Assembly (NCBI GenBank): GCA_019057375.1 | Contig: DXJF01000099.1 | Coordinates: forward strand, 1-36,733 | Length of the DNA: 36,733 nucleotides | Reading direction: 5' to 3' | Source of the DNA: Candidatus Heimdallarchaeota archaeon | GTDB taxonomy: Archaea > Asgardarchaeota > Heimdallarchaeia > Heimdallarchaeales > Heimdallarchaeaceae | Part shown: in pieces, positions 18,559-28,600 of the stretch | Layout: every line of letters starts with the position of its first letter | Position numbering within the stretch: the first letter of the stretch is position 1 | Notes under the pieces: generated by a model | Databases searched by the model: none | Seen by the model: the letters and a program-made list of their open reading frames with translations, nothing else | What the model was told of the DNA's origin: nothing | Made by a program: the position numbers and the translations under genes

Positions 18559-19434
18559 ATGAATTCCAAAAAGAAGAAAGAAAAGGAAGTAGAGCATCAA
18601 AAAGCTCTTTTCTACAAAGAAGCAGAAAGAGTTTATGTTCCTATGTCTGATGGAGCAGAACTCCTATGTTATTTTACTAAAAAGGGTAAAAATCCTTCAG
18701 GAATCACTATTCTATTCATACCTGGTTATGCATCTGTACCTATGTCTTGGAACGATTTGTGGGATTGTCTTTATGAAGAATTTAATCTTTATGTGTTAGA
18801 AACTAGAGAAAAAATCACATCCAAAGTGAAATGGAGTCATAAGGGTGATATGAATCGTTCAGGAATGGATATAGGTGATGCTCTTAGAGGACTGAAACTA
18901 GATCCTAAAAAAACAGTAATTTTCTGTGCAAGCGCCTCTGCTCTTTATGCAATGAGAGGTTTAGCTGAAAAATGGCTAGATGAACCTCTAGGTTTAATAA
19001 TGATTGGTCCAGTTAGAACACCAAAACTCCCTTCAAAACTTATCTATATAACTAAATTCACACCTAGTTTTCTCATAGATGGAATAATAAGTAGTATAGG
19101 AAAACTTTGGATAGGTACTGTAGTTCCAAAGGGAATTCAAAGAGACCGATATAGGCAGTATGTTGGGACAGCAAGTGCAATGAGATGGAAGAAAACTAAG
19201 TCAGTAACTTTTTGGGATGGCACTGAGGATTTCAAGAAGCTCAAAGTTTCCTCTCTTATGGTAGGAGCTATTCAAGAAGAGCTTCATGTTGATAATGAGA
19301 CCAAGATTTGCGTAGATTTGGTTGAAACAAGTGAATATCTACAAGTTCCGAGTTTTATGTACATGCATCATCTTCCCGGAGCAGCTGAATTCACCAAGCA
19401 ATTAACTGAATATATAGAAAAGATTGCTAAGTGA
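18559..19434 (+). CDS. Alpha/beta-fold hydrolase, paralogue 1 (atypical nucleophile elbow)
   Basis: ILFIPGY, WNDLW, strand-FCASAS-helix at the nucleophile position; clear paralogue of the next ORF. ATG at 18559. Confidence 0.75.
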   Translation: MNSKKKKEKEVEHQKALFYKEAERVYVPMSDGAELLCYFTKKGKNPSGITILFIPGYASVPMSWNDLWDCLYEEFNLYVLETREKITSKVKWSHKGDMNRSGMDIGDALRGLKLDPKKTVIFCASASALYAMRGLAEKWLDEPLGLIMIGPVRTPKLPSKLIYITKFTPSFLIDGIISSIGKLWIGTVVPKGIQRDRYRQYVGTASAMRWKKTKSVTFWDGTEDFKKLKVSSLMVGAIQEELHVDNETKICVDLVETSEYLQVPSFMYMHHLPGAAEFTKQLTEYIEKIAK

Positions 19435-19490
19435 TTATCTTTTCTACACCAATATCCTTAAAATATCCTCTTATTTTGAAATTCTATCAA

Positions 19491-20354
19491 ATGTCTGAAG
19501 AAGAAATCGATATGGAAAACTATTCCCAAGATGAGTTATTTTGGAAAGAATCTACAAAAGAATATGTTCAAATGTCAGATGGTGCTGAATCATTAGTTTA
19601 TTACACAAAGAAAGGTGGCAAGGATAAAAAAACCATTCTATTTCTTCCAGGTTATGCTACAGGTGTGTTTAGCTGGTCAGATTTATGGGATGAGCTTTAT
19701 ACAGAATATGATTTGTATGTCTTTGAATCAAGAGAGAAAAACAGTTCTAAAGTGAAATGGAGGCACAAAGCTGACATGAACAGATTAGGTCTAGATGTGA
19801 AAGAAACTATAGAACATTTCAAATTCGATCAAAATAACTTGTTCATATTTGGTTCCAGTTTTGGCTGCAGTATGAGTGCAAGAGCGATGGCAGAAAAGTG
19901 GTTTAAACCTGCTGGAATTCTCTATAATGGTCCTTCTGTAAAGTTCATTCTCCCTCGAAAAATCTTATGGCTTGCATATATTATTCCTGCATTTGTCTTA
20001 CAAGTGATAGGAATACCTATCATCAGATTGTGGATTTCAATTATGTTTCCTAAAGGATTCCAGAAGAAACATTATAATGATTTCATAGGTAACGCTAATG
20101 CTATGAGATGGAAAAAGACTCTAAGTACTTCTCGATGGAATGCATTAGAAGACTATGCTAAAGTTCCTAGTAAGACATGGGTAACTCTTGATCCAGATGA
20201 TTCATTGCATACAGTGGAATTTGTTGAAACCATATTGAGTACAATTCCTAGTTCAACTCTAGTTGAAGTACCAAGCTATAACTGCATGCATCACAATCCT
20301 GGCGCCAGAAAATTTGCTAAACAAATCAAGGAACTAATTGAATCTCTTGAATAA
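19491..20354 (+). CDS. Alpha/beta-fold hydrolase, paralogue 2
   Basis: ILFLPGY, canonical GSSFG elbow, C-terminal D..H and HH residues. Start placed at ATG 19491 (or 19512). Confidence 0.78.
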   Translation: MSEEEIDMENYSQDELFWKESTKEYVQMSDGAESLVYYTKKGGKDKKTILFLPGYATGVFSWSDLWDELYTEYDLYVFESREKNSSKVKWRHKADMNRLGLDVKETIEHFKFDQNNLFIFGSSFGCSMSARAMAEKWFKPAGILYNGPSVKFILPRKILWLAYIIPAFVLQVIGIPIIRLWISIMFPKGFQKKHYNDFIGNANAMRWKKTLSTSRWNALEDYAKVPSKTWVTLDPDDSLHTVEFVETILSTIPSSTLVEVPSYNCMHHNPGARKFAKQIKELIESLE

Positions 20355-20622
20355 ATTTGCTTTATACTAAATTCTGAAAAATCATTTTAAATTAAAAGAG
20401 TCTCTAAATAGCATTGATATGAGTATTGTAGAGCTGAATATGGTATAAGAATATCTTGAAGATGGTATGATTGATGCAAACGGAAAAGGAAAAAGCTGCT
20501 AAACACGCTGTTGAAAGTGAATCATAGCGTTTTTCACTCTTTTTTTCTAATTTCTCTATTTTTTTCTCTCTCATGTATTAAAAGGAAGTTTTTTTATCTC
20601 ACAATGATTAATTAGTCTTACC

Positions 20623-21669
20623 TTGAAATCACAAAAGCAAAAAACTATTGGAACTTTGTTACTTTTCTTCACAATTTTAATACTGATTTCTTCTAGTAAC
20701 TATGTCAAAACATACACAATTGAAGAATTTTCACATCCGACATTCTTAGCTGATGAGATGTTAATAAGATCTCATCACACTACTGTAGACATTTATCAAA
20801 CAGATTCAATATCTGTTAGTGAATCTTTTGTGGTTGAAAACACAGAAAATACAACTCAGACTTACATTGATCTTTGGTTTAATACATCATTAAATACACT
20901 CATTGTAGAAGATGGAGAAGGTTCTTTGATATTCAATTGGGATGTTGTTTCCAACAGTAGTAATAAAGTAAGAGTAAACTTTAGAACCGAACTTAACGAG
21001 AGTCAAACAGCAACATTTGCAGTAAAATATGATCTTAATACCATTCTAAATCCCATTGGTTCAAAACCAATTTATTATTCATTTGAATTCTCTTCAACAA
21101 TCAGTCATCAAACAACATCATACGGAATGATTGTTCTTTTACCCGAAAGAAGTTTTATCCATGAGTTTGAAGATAGCACTCCTTCAATATATCCAATTAA
21201 TGCAACTCAAATCCTTGAGAAAAATCGAATCAAAATAACTTGGAATTTAGACAATTTAGCTGTTGAATCCAATCCCCTTTTCTTAATTCGATTTGATGAA
21301 CCTCTTGTTCCTGAAGAAGAACTTACTTTCTGGGAATCTAAAGCTGCCATGTTTCTAATAGGTTTTATCGTTGGTGTGCTTATTGGAATAAGTGGTATAT
21401 CTTGGTTAATTAGATACAGAGAAAAGAAAGCTATGAAGAAAATAGGAATGACACTGTTGACTGATAATCAGAAGTCATTAATCAAAATAATATACGATAA
21501 AAAGGGTAAAGTAAGTCAGAAAGATCTTTGTGACATAACTGGTTATTCAAAATCCAAGATTTCTAGAAACCTAGTTCCATTAGAGCTACGCGGACTCATA
21601 AAACGTGAAAAATGGGGAAGAACTTACGTTATTTATCTGACAGACGATGGTAGAACTGTTATAGAATAA
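20623..21669 (+). CDS. Membrane-anchored winged-HTH protein (signal peptide, ectodomain, TM helix, cytoplasmic wHTH; COG2512-like)
   Basis: Hydrophobic N-terminus; beta-rich ectodomain; TM AAMFLIGFIVGVLIGISGISWLI; C-terminal LTDNQK..I......G.VSQKDL...TGYSKSKISRNL..LE.RGLI.R.K.GR wHTH. Confidence 0.82.
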   Translation: MKSQKQKTIGTLLLFFTILILISSSNYVKTYTIEEFSHPTFLADEMLIRSHHTTVDIYQTDSISVSESFVVENTENTTQTYIDLWFNTSLNTLIVEDGEGSLIFNWDVVSNSSNKVRVNFRTELNESQTATFAVKYDLNTILNPIGSKPIYYSFEFSSTISHQTTSYGMIVLLPERSFIHEFEDSTPSIYPINATQILEKNRIKITWNLDNLAVESNPLFLIRFDEPLVPEEELTFWESKAAMFLIGFIVGVLIGISGISWLIRYREKKAMKKIGMTLLTDNQKSLIKIIYDKKGKVSQKDLCDITGYSKSKISRNLVPLELRGLIKREKWGRTYVIYLTDDGRTVIE

Positions 21670-21681
21670 TGGTTGGCAACG

Positions 21682-21740
21682 GTTTCATATCGGTGTGAAA
21701 CAGGTGTTAAACCTAGGTATATCCGATATTTCATATATAG
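21682..21740. promoter_or_regulatory. Candidate operator/promoter upstream of the surface-protein gene
   Basis: GTTTCA-N8-TGAAAC (21682-21701), ATATCGG/CCGATAT inverted pair (21687-21693, 21723-21729), TTTCATAT direct repeat, and ATATATA TATA-like element. Confidence 0.4.
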
Positions 21741-21768
21741 CGGAAATCAATGTTCTATTGGTGTTAAA

Positions 21769-22821
21769 TTGAAAACAATTCACAAAATAATGATTGCCGG
21801 ACTAATAACAATGTTCGTGTTTTCATCTGTTTCCTCAGCAGTTGCTAATCCAGCTGCAGGAAGTATTGAGAATAGAGAAGGATCGGTTTTTATCGAGACT
21901 CCTTATATTACTGTAAAATTGAATGAAGGAAAACCTGATTTTGTCATTTGGGAAACTAATTCTACAGATAATAACAGAAAACTAGCGATGTTTCACATAA
22001 GCTTCACAAGTATTGCTGAATTATTTGGAGACGATCTTATTGTTGATGACAGAACTGAATTTTTAGGCGGGAAGATCTATAATTTAGCTTCGTCTACAAT
22101 AACATGGGATTTAGTAACTGAGGATTTTACTAACGAAATAAGAGGTACTCAAACTTCATCAATATTGGATAATGGTGCAACAATAGCCTTTGTATACCAC
22201 GTTTATCTAGAGGATGTAGTTATTACTCAAGATTTAGACGGAACTCCTGTAACATATACAGTACAAGGACTCAAAGAAATAAAATTCGATATAATTATTA
22301 ACAATTGGAATTTTACTCCAGGTGCTGCTGGATTAGTCTTTAATCTAAAGGTTCATGAGTCACAATACAGGCATAGAGTTAGAGTTGGAGAAAGAGTTAA
22401 TCAACCAGAATATGGAACAATAATAAATGAAGACCATGAATTAACTCCTAACAGAACTCAATTACATGAAGAAAATGGTATTGCTTTCACTGATGACAGA
22501 GACAGATTAGAAGCATATTTTGCATGGGCTCCTGTAGCTGATGTCTTTTATGAAGATGGTACTTATATTGAAACTGTCCCTGTAACTGCATCTGCAACAA
22601 CTTTTGGCTATGATCAGCAATTTGGAAAAGGATACGCATTTGGTAAAGAATTCATCAACTTGAATCTGGTTTATCCAAATTATGGAGATGGTCTTAAACT
22701 TGTTCATGATCCAATTATTGGTATGCCTGAAACAAGTGGTGTTAGTTTTGGAACAATTGCATTAATAGCAATTCCAACTATAGCTGTTACAGCATTAATA
22801 ATACGTAGAAAGAAGGCATAA
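21769..22821 (+). CDS. Secreted/surface protein with C-terminal membrane anchor, function unknown
   Basis: Signal peptide (KTIHKIMIAGLITMFVFSSVSSAVA), beta-rich body, TM helix plus RRKKA tail. TTG start at 21769 after GGTG; the ORF track extends to 21673. Confidence 0.75.
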   Translation: MKTIHKIMIAGLITMFVFSSVSSAVANPAAGSIENREGSVFIETPYITVKLNEGKPDFVIWETNSTDNNRKLAMFHISFTSIAELFGDDLIVDDRTEFLGGKIYNLASSTITWDLVTEDFTNEIRGTQTSSILDNGATIAFVYHVYLEDVVITQDLDGTPVTYTVQGLKEIKFDIIINNWNFTPGAAGLVFNLKVHESQYRHRVRVGERVNQPEYGTIINEDHELTPNRTQLHEENGIAFTDDRDRLEAYFAWAPVADVFYEDGTYIETVPVTASATTFGYDQQFGKGYAFGKEFINLNLVYPNYGDGLKLVHDPIIGMPETSGVSFGTIALIAIPTIAVTALIIRRKKA

Positions 22822-23149
22822 ACCTTCTAACTCTCTTTTTTTTTCGTAAGATAAATTTATTAGAAATTCATTATACTGTTTCACTATAAATTAAGTGAGT
22901 ATACTCATAGTGTTGGTCGATATCCCTTGAGTACTAATCCACTTGATTGATTCTTTTCTTATTTCTCTGAGGTCTCTAAGTTGTTGCAATCTTGTTGCAG
23001 AAAAAAAAGGTGAGATATTTTGCCTCTCAGTGCTGATTCTTTAAGTTAAATCAGATTTTCCTCTTTTGTTTTAATAAAAACTATTTATATAACCTCTTTT
23101 CTTACTGATTAAACTCTTTCAAACTAATAATTTCAAAAGCTGATTTCAT

Positions 23150-24277
23150 ATGGGAAATGATAAAACTTGGTTAGTAGTTAAGGAAGAACCTCTGGCGGGA
23201 TATTCTCTTCCTACAATTGTAAAAGTGCTTTTGGATAATAAATTTGAAGTTGATCTCAAATATTTTCATCGCTTTTTGTATGCAATGGGATTGAGTGTAA
23301 TTACAAGCCCTCTAAAAGTGATTCAGAAACTAAGGTTCCATAGAAAAATTAAGAATACTGAAATCAAGGAAGATCCGATTTTCATTATAGGTCACTATAG
23401 AACAGGAACAACATATCTAATGACTTTAATGGCTTGTGATAAATCAAAAGGATATGTTTCAAATACAGAAGCTTATGCAACTTTGCTTTACTTAGGTTTT
23501 CCTAAAATGACTAAGTGGATTATCGATGCTTCTTTACCTGATGTTAGACCGATGGATAATGTAATTATGGGAGCTGAAGAACCAACAGAAGAAGAATATT
23601 GTATAGGCACTTTCTCAAAATATGGCTATTATACTGGTTTTATCTTTCCTCGTAATTTTGATCTTTATACAAAATATTTGACATTTGAGGGAATGCCTAA
23701 ACATCTGAAACGATGGAAAAAGAAATACTATTATCTTGTTCAGATGCTGACTTTAGGTCATAAAGGTAAACAGCTTTTCTTGAAAAATCCATCTAATAGT
23801 TATCGTATTAAAGATATACTTGAGATGTTTCCAAACGCTAAATTCATTCACACTTATAGAGATCCTTACAAGGTTTATTCTAGTACAGTTAAATTCTTTG
23901 ATGAAGTTTTTGGAATTTATACACTTCAGAAATGGGATGAAGAAAAGATGAAAACAGACATTTTAGCAAATTACAAACTTCTCTATGAATGTCAAGATCG
24001 CGATTTACATCTGATTCCTGAAGATAGAATTTACCATATGAAATATGAAGATTTCATTAAGAATCCCTCCGAAAAAATGGAAGCGATGTATAGATATTTG
24101 AAACTAGATGGCTGGGATCTGTATAAAGATGACATAATGGCATATGCTGAATCTCAGAGAAAAGATTATGTACCAAATACTCATAATACTGATGATGATA
24201 TCATTAGAAGAGTAAATGAACACTGGGATGAATATAGAGAAAAATATGGGTATGAAAAAATTCTCCCAAAAAACTAA
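23150..24277 (+). CDS. PAPS-dependent sulfotransferase (Sulfotransfer_3 / Stf3-like)
   Basis: 5'-PSB loop IIGHYRTGTTYL, RPMDN, EEE, LKNP, 3'-PB HTYRDP...SS, KYEDF. Confidence 0.85.
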   Translation: MGNDKTWLVVKEEPLAGYSLPTIVKVLLDNKFEVDLKYFHRFLYAMGLSVITSPLKVIQKLRFHRKIKNTEIKEDPIFIIGHYRTGTTYLMTLMACDKSKGYVSNTEAYATLLYLGFPKMTKWIIDASLPDVRPMDNVIMGAEEPTEEEYCIGTFSKYGYYTGFIFPRNFDLYTKYLTFEGMPKHLKRWKKKYYYLVQMLTLGHKGKQLFLKNPSNSYRIKDILEMFPNAKFIHTYRDPYKVYSSTVKFFDEVFGIYTLQKWDEEKMKTDILANYKLLYECQDRDLHLIPEDRIYHMKYEDFIKNPSEKMEAMYRYLKLDGWDLYKDDIMAYAESQRKDYVPNTHNTDDDIIRRVNEHWDEYREKYGYEKILPKN

Positions 24278-24394
24278 GTTCTACACAGCCTTAGTTGTTT
24301 CATTCTATTGTTATTTAGTCACATTTTAATATAGACCAATTTTTCTAATATCTGAACTAGTTATAATATCTGTAAGAAAAAAGGAGAAATAGAA

Positions 24395-25441
24395 ATGAAA
24401 AGAAAACTTATACCTCTCTCAATTTTTGGTTTAATTATTATATCATCATTATCTATGAATACCCAAAGTAATCTCTTGAATGGTTCAGCGGAAACGACAT
24501 ATGATCCTTGGCATTTCATCGCTTTAGGTGATACAAGAAATTGGGAAGAAAATGAAACTAATGTTTTCAGACAAACAATTTATGAGGATGTTATGTTAAG
24601 TAATCCCAATCTGGAGTTCATACTTCATACAGGAGACATAGTTAATTCTGGTGGAGAGCAAGACGATTGGGATAGATATTATGAAGATATAGATTTACTT
24701 GTTCAAAATAATGTTACGTTTTATTATGCTGTTGGAAATCACGAAACATATACCTATAAATTACCAGATGGCTCTTATGGTCCTCAAGAGCTAAATCTCT
24801 CAACTTATATGAGTAATGTGGAAATGCCTGGAAATGAGAGATTTTATAGTTTTGATAATAAAGGAATACATTTCATAATTATTAATACAAATGAAAACTG
24901 GACACATGAATTTGAAATTACAACAGTACAAGAAGAATGGATAATTGATGACTTACAAAGCAATACAATGAACTTCACAATTGCAATGATACATCGTCCC
25001 ATGTATTCTATTAAAGATGCATCTAGGGCTTATGAAGCTGGGATTATCAGAGCTGTTCTTGAACCAATATTTATAGAGTACGGGGTTGATCTAGTCTTTT
25101 CAGGTCATGATCATAACTATTACAATACAATAAGAGAAGGAATTCAACATATTGGGACATCAGGCGGAGGAGCTCCTCTATACTTTCCTCAAGCAACAGA
25201 TCAAGCTATAGATGGTGATGTTTACATTTCAGAATATCATTATTGTAATATTTCAATAACTGAAGATACTCTAACAATTGAAGCTCTTGTTTATGATGCT
25301 AATCTGGAAACCACAACTATTGAAGATACAGTAATAATGTATCTGAAAGAAACACCAACAACTGAAACATCATTCTATTTTGGTTTTATAATTCTCTTAA
25401 TTTGGGTTATTCCTCTTTTTAGAAGAAAGAATAATCACTAA
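24395..25441 (+). CDS. Secreted, membrane-anchored calcineurin-like metallophosphoesterase (purple acid phosphatase-like)
   Basis: GDTR, HTGDIV, GNHE, IHRP and GHDH metal motifs; signal peptide and C-terminal TM plus RRK. Confidence 0.88.
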   Translation: MKRKLIPLSIFGLIIISSLSMNTQSNLLNGSAETTYDPWHFIALGDTRNWEENETNVFRQTIYEDVMLSNPNLEFILHTGDIVNSGGEQDDWDRYYEDIDLLVQNNVTFYYAVGNHETYTYKLPDGSYGPQELNLSTYMSNVEMPGNERFYSFDNKGIHFIIINTNENWTHEFEITTVQEEWIIDDLQSNTMNFTIAMIHRPMYSIKDASRAYEAGIIRAVLEPIFIEYGVDLVFSGHDHNYYNTIREGIQHIGTSGGGAPLYFPQATDQAIDGDVYISEYHYCNISITEDTLTIEALVYDANLETTTIEDTVIMYLKETPTTETSFYFGFIILLIWVIPLFRRKNNH

Positions 25442-25684
25442 TTTTTCTCTTTTAATTCCTGATTCTTTTTTGATACAGCTGGAAATATTGATGTATGGAC
25501 TCAAAATTCATCGCTTGTAAATGTTTTTTAAATATTTCCATGAAACCATGAGAATATTTTTCTTAATTACTGTTAAATTCTCAATGAAATTAAGGATAAT
25601 TCCCATTTTATGTAATTGGTCGTAGACAAATTTTATAAGATATACATTATTTCATGGAATAATCTCAACTATTCAATCATTAGG

Positions 25685-28600
25685 GTGTTTAGCATTAGTA
25701 AGTATGTGGGTGTAAATATTGGTTCTGTATCAGTTAATGTAGTTTCTGTAGACGAGAATATGAATGTCCAAACATACAAACAACCACATTTAGGAAAACC
25801 TAAAGAAGTTCTTGATCAAATTATTGAAAAGAACATTAATGGGAATAACTGCTACTACAATGTTAGTGGTTCTTTTGGGGAAATTTCTGAAATAGTAGCT
25901 GTTGAAAGAGCAATAAATTCGTATGATGAGAAATTTGATGTTGTTGTATCTCTTGGAGGGGAAGCGTTTGTTCTGTATGTTCTGAGCAAGGAAGGTCATA
26001 TTCTTAATGTTCTATCCCATGACAAATGTGCAGCGGGGAGCGGCGAATTTTTTGTACAGCAGATTGACCGTTTAGATGTTACTCTTCCAGATGCTATTGA
26101 ATTAGCAAAGAAAGGAAAGAAAATAGAATTAGCATCAAGATGTTCTGTTCACTGTAAATCAGATGTCACTCACAAATTAAATCGAGGTGAAGCTTCATTA
26201 GAAGACATCCTTACATCAGTTCTAGCAAGTATGGCTAATAAAGTAATGGGATTGATAATTCAATCAAGAGTTGATGTTAAGCAATTGTTGCTAGTTGGAG
26301 GGGTTTCTCTTAATGATGCATTTGTACAAATCTTAAGAGGGCAAATTGCAGATGTAGACGTAGTTGTCAAACCAGAAAGTTCAGTTTTTGTAGCTTATGG
26401 AACTGCTCTATTAGTAAAAGAGAAACCAGAGTATACTGACATAAATCTCAAAACAAGTAAAAGTTTTACTACTTTCCCCTCACTTAAAGATTTTCGTAGT
26501 CAAGTTACTATTATCGATCCAGTTGGTAACAAAACTGATTTCGATAAAGACTCAGCTTATCTCCTTGGTGTTGATGTTGGATCTACAACCACAAAAGCTG
26601 TTCTCATCGATCCTGAAGACAAATCCGTTTTAGCTTCCTATTATGGTAGAACAAGTGGTAACCCAATTCAAGCTACAAGAATATGTATTGAAGAAATTAT
26701 TTCTCAAGTAGGGAATCTTAAAGTGAATTTGGTTGGAGTTACAGGTTCTGGAAGACAATTAGCTGGTGCTTATCTAGGTACACCAGCTGTACATAATGAG
26801 ATTTCAGCTCATTCTGAGGGAGCAGTATATTACGATTCAGAAGTTGATACAATTTTCGAAATTGGAGGACAAGATTCAAAATATATGTACCTGCAAAATG
26901 GTGTACCTGTAGATTATGCTATGAATGCATCTTGTTCAGCAGGAACAGGTTCTTTTCTAGAAGAGAGTTCTAAAGGTGATATGGGTGTTCATGTATTTGA
27001 TATTTCAAATATTGCTATGACAGCAAAAGATCCAGTCAGATTCAAAGCTGACTGTGCTGCTTTCATTAATACAGATGTTAGAACAGCTATGCAAGAAGGA
27101 TATGGAAGAGAAAATATCGTAGGTGGTTTGGTTTATTCAATTGCTGAAAACTATCTCAATAAAGTTAAAGGTTCAAGACAGGTTGGTAGGAAGATTTTCT
27201 TCCAAGGAGGAGTTGCTAAGAATAATTCTGTAGGGTATGCTTTTGCTCAAACTACTGGAAAACAGATTATTATTCCACCCAATCCTGAACTGATTGGTGC
27301 TTTTGGTATAGCACTTATTGCACAATCAAAATATGAAAAACATGAAATTGATGTAATGCCTGAAGAAACAAATCTTGAATCCTTAATCAAGGAAGAATTG
27401 AAGCATTTGGGGAGTTTCACTTGCAAAGCTTGCAAGAATTATTGTCAAATTGAAAGTTATGAAGTGGGAGGAAGGAAGTTTCCTTTTGGTGGAAGATGCA
27501 GCCGTTATGAACACCAATGGAGAGGTTCAGATAAAATTGATGAAAAAGAAAACTTAGTAGATTTGAGAAATGAGCTGGTATTTGCTTATAATTCAGAGAA
27601 GAAATCTAAAAAGACACGTTCAAAAGGAATTATAGGGATACCTAGAGCTTTGCTGACTCACACCCTCTATCCTATGTTTTCAACTTTCTTTGATGAATTA
27701 GGTTATGAGGTTGTCTTATCTGATATCGATGAAGAAAGAGAACTTCAAACAAATGCTCCATTCTGTTTCCCAATTCAAATTTTACATGGAGCTGTTTTAG
27801 ATTTAATAAAGAAAGAAGTGGACATGATTTTTCTTCCACACATGCACGGTTTACCAACTGAGGGAAAATGGATGGATGCAACATTTTGCCCTGTTACTCA
27901 AGGGAGTCCATATTTCATAAAACAAGCTTTCAAAGAAGCGAAATTTTTGAATCCTCTACTAAGTTTTGGACACGGGTATGAAACAAGTAAATCTTTAGTC
28001 AAAATGGCAACAAAAGAACTCAATCAGCCAAAGAGTCTAGCTGAAAAAGCGTTTAAGAAAGCAGTTTCAAAACAGAAAGCTGTTGAAGAACAATTTTTAG
28101 ATTGGGGTAAAGAGTATCTAGAAAAATTAAAAGAAAATGATGAAATCGGAATTCTACTTCTCGGCAGAAGCTATAATGCTTTTCCACCTGAGACATCTCA
28201 ATTAATACCTAAGAAGCTCTCAAGTATGGGCGTAACGGTAATTCCCTTTGATTTCCTTGAGAAACAGCATGTTCATGACATTCCATGGTATTTCTCAAAT
28301 TATGTAAAAATAGCAATAGACATGGCAGCAAAAAATGATAATCTGTTCTTATTATACATTAACAGCTTCAGCTGTACAATTGATGCTTTTGTTCAGAATT
28401 ATGTTAGAAGTGAAATGAGAAACAAACCATATTTATTCTTAGAACTTGACGCTCATACAGCTGATGCAGGGACACAAACAAGATTAGAAGCGTATTTAGA
28501 AATCATAAAGAACTTCCAAGCAAGTAAGAAAACTGAGGAAGAGAAACCATTCAAGGTAACACAAGTCAAAATTAGGGATGGAAAAGTTGTTGTTTTAACA

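Noticed and set aside
20400-20545. Coding-looking fragments in the gap after the second hydrolase
   Set aside because: All frames are short and interrupted, with no recognisable family.
21682-21701. GTTTCA...TGAAAC resembles CRISPR repeat termini
   Set aside because: Single 20-bp copy with no spacers and no cas genes; treated as a possible operator instead.
22890-23040. Minus-strand open stretch of about 49 codons
   Set aside because: No good start or SD and no motif.
25535-25546. 12-mer TTTCCATGAAAC shared with 36630-36641
   Set aside because: Isolated match with no flanking similarity; compatible with chance. Worth rechecking only if the terminal RNA proves to be a guide.
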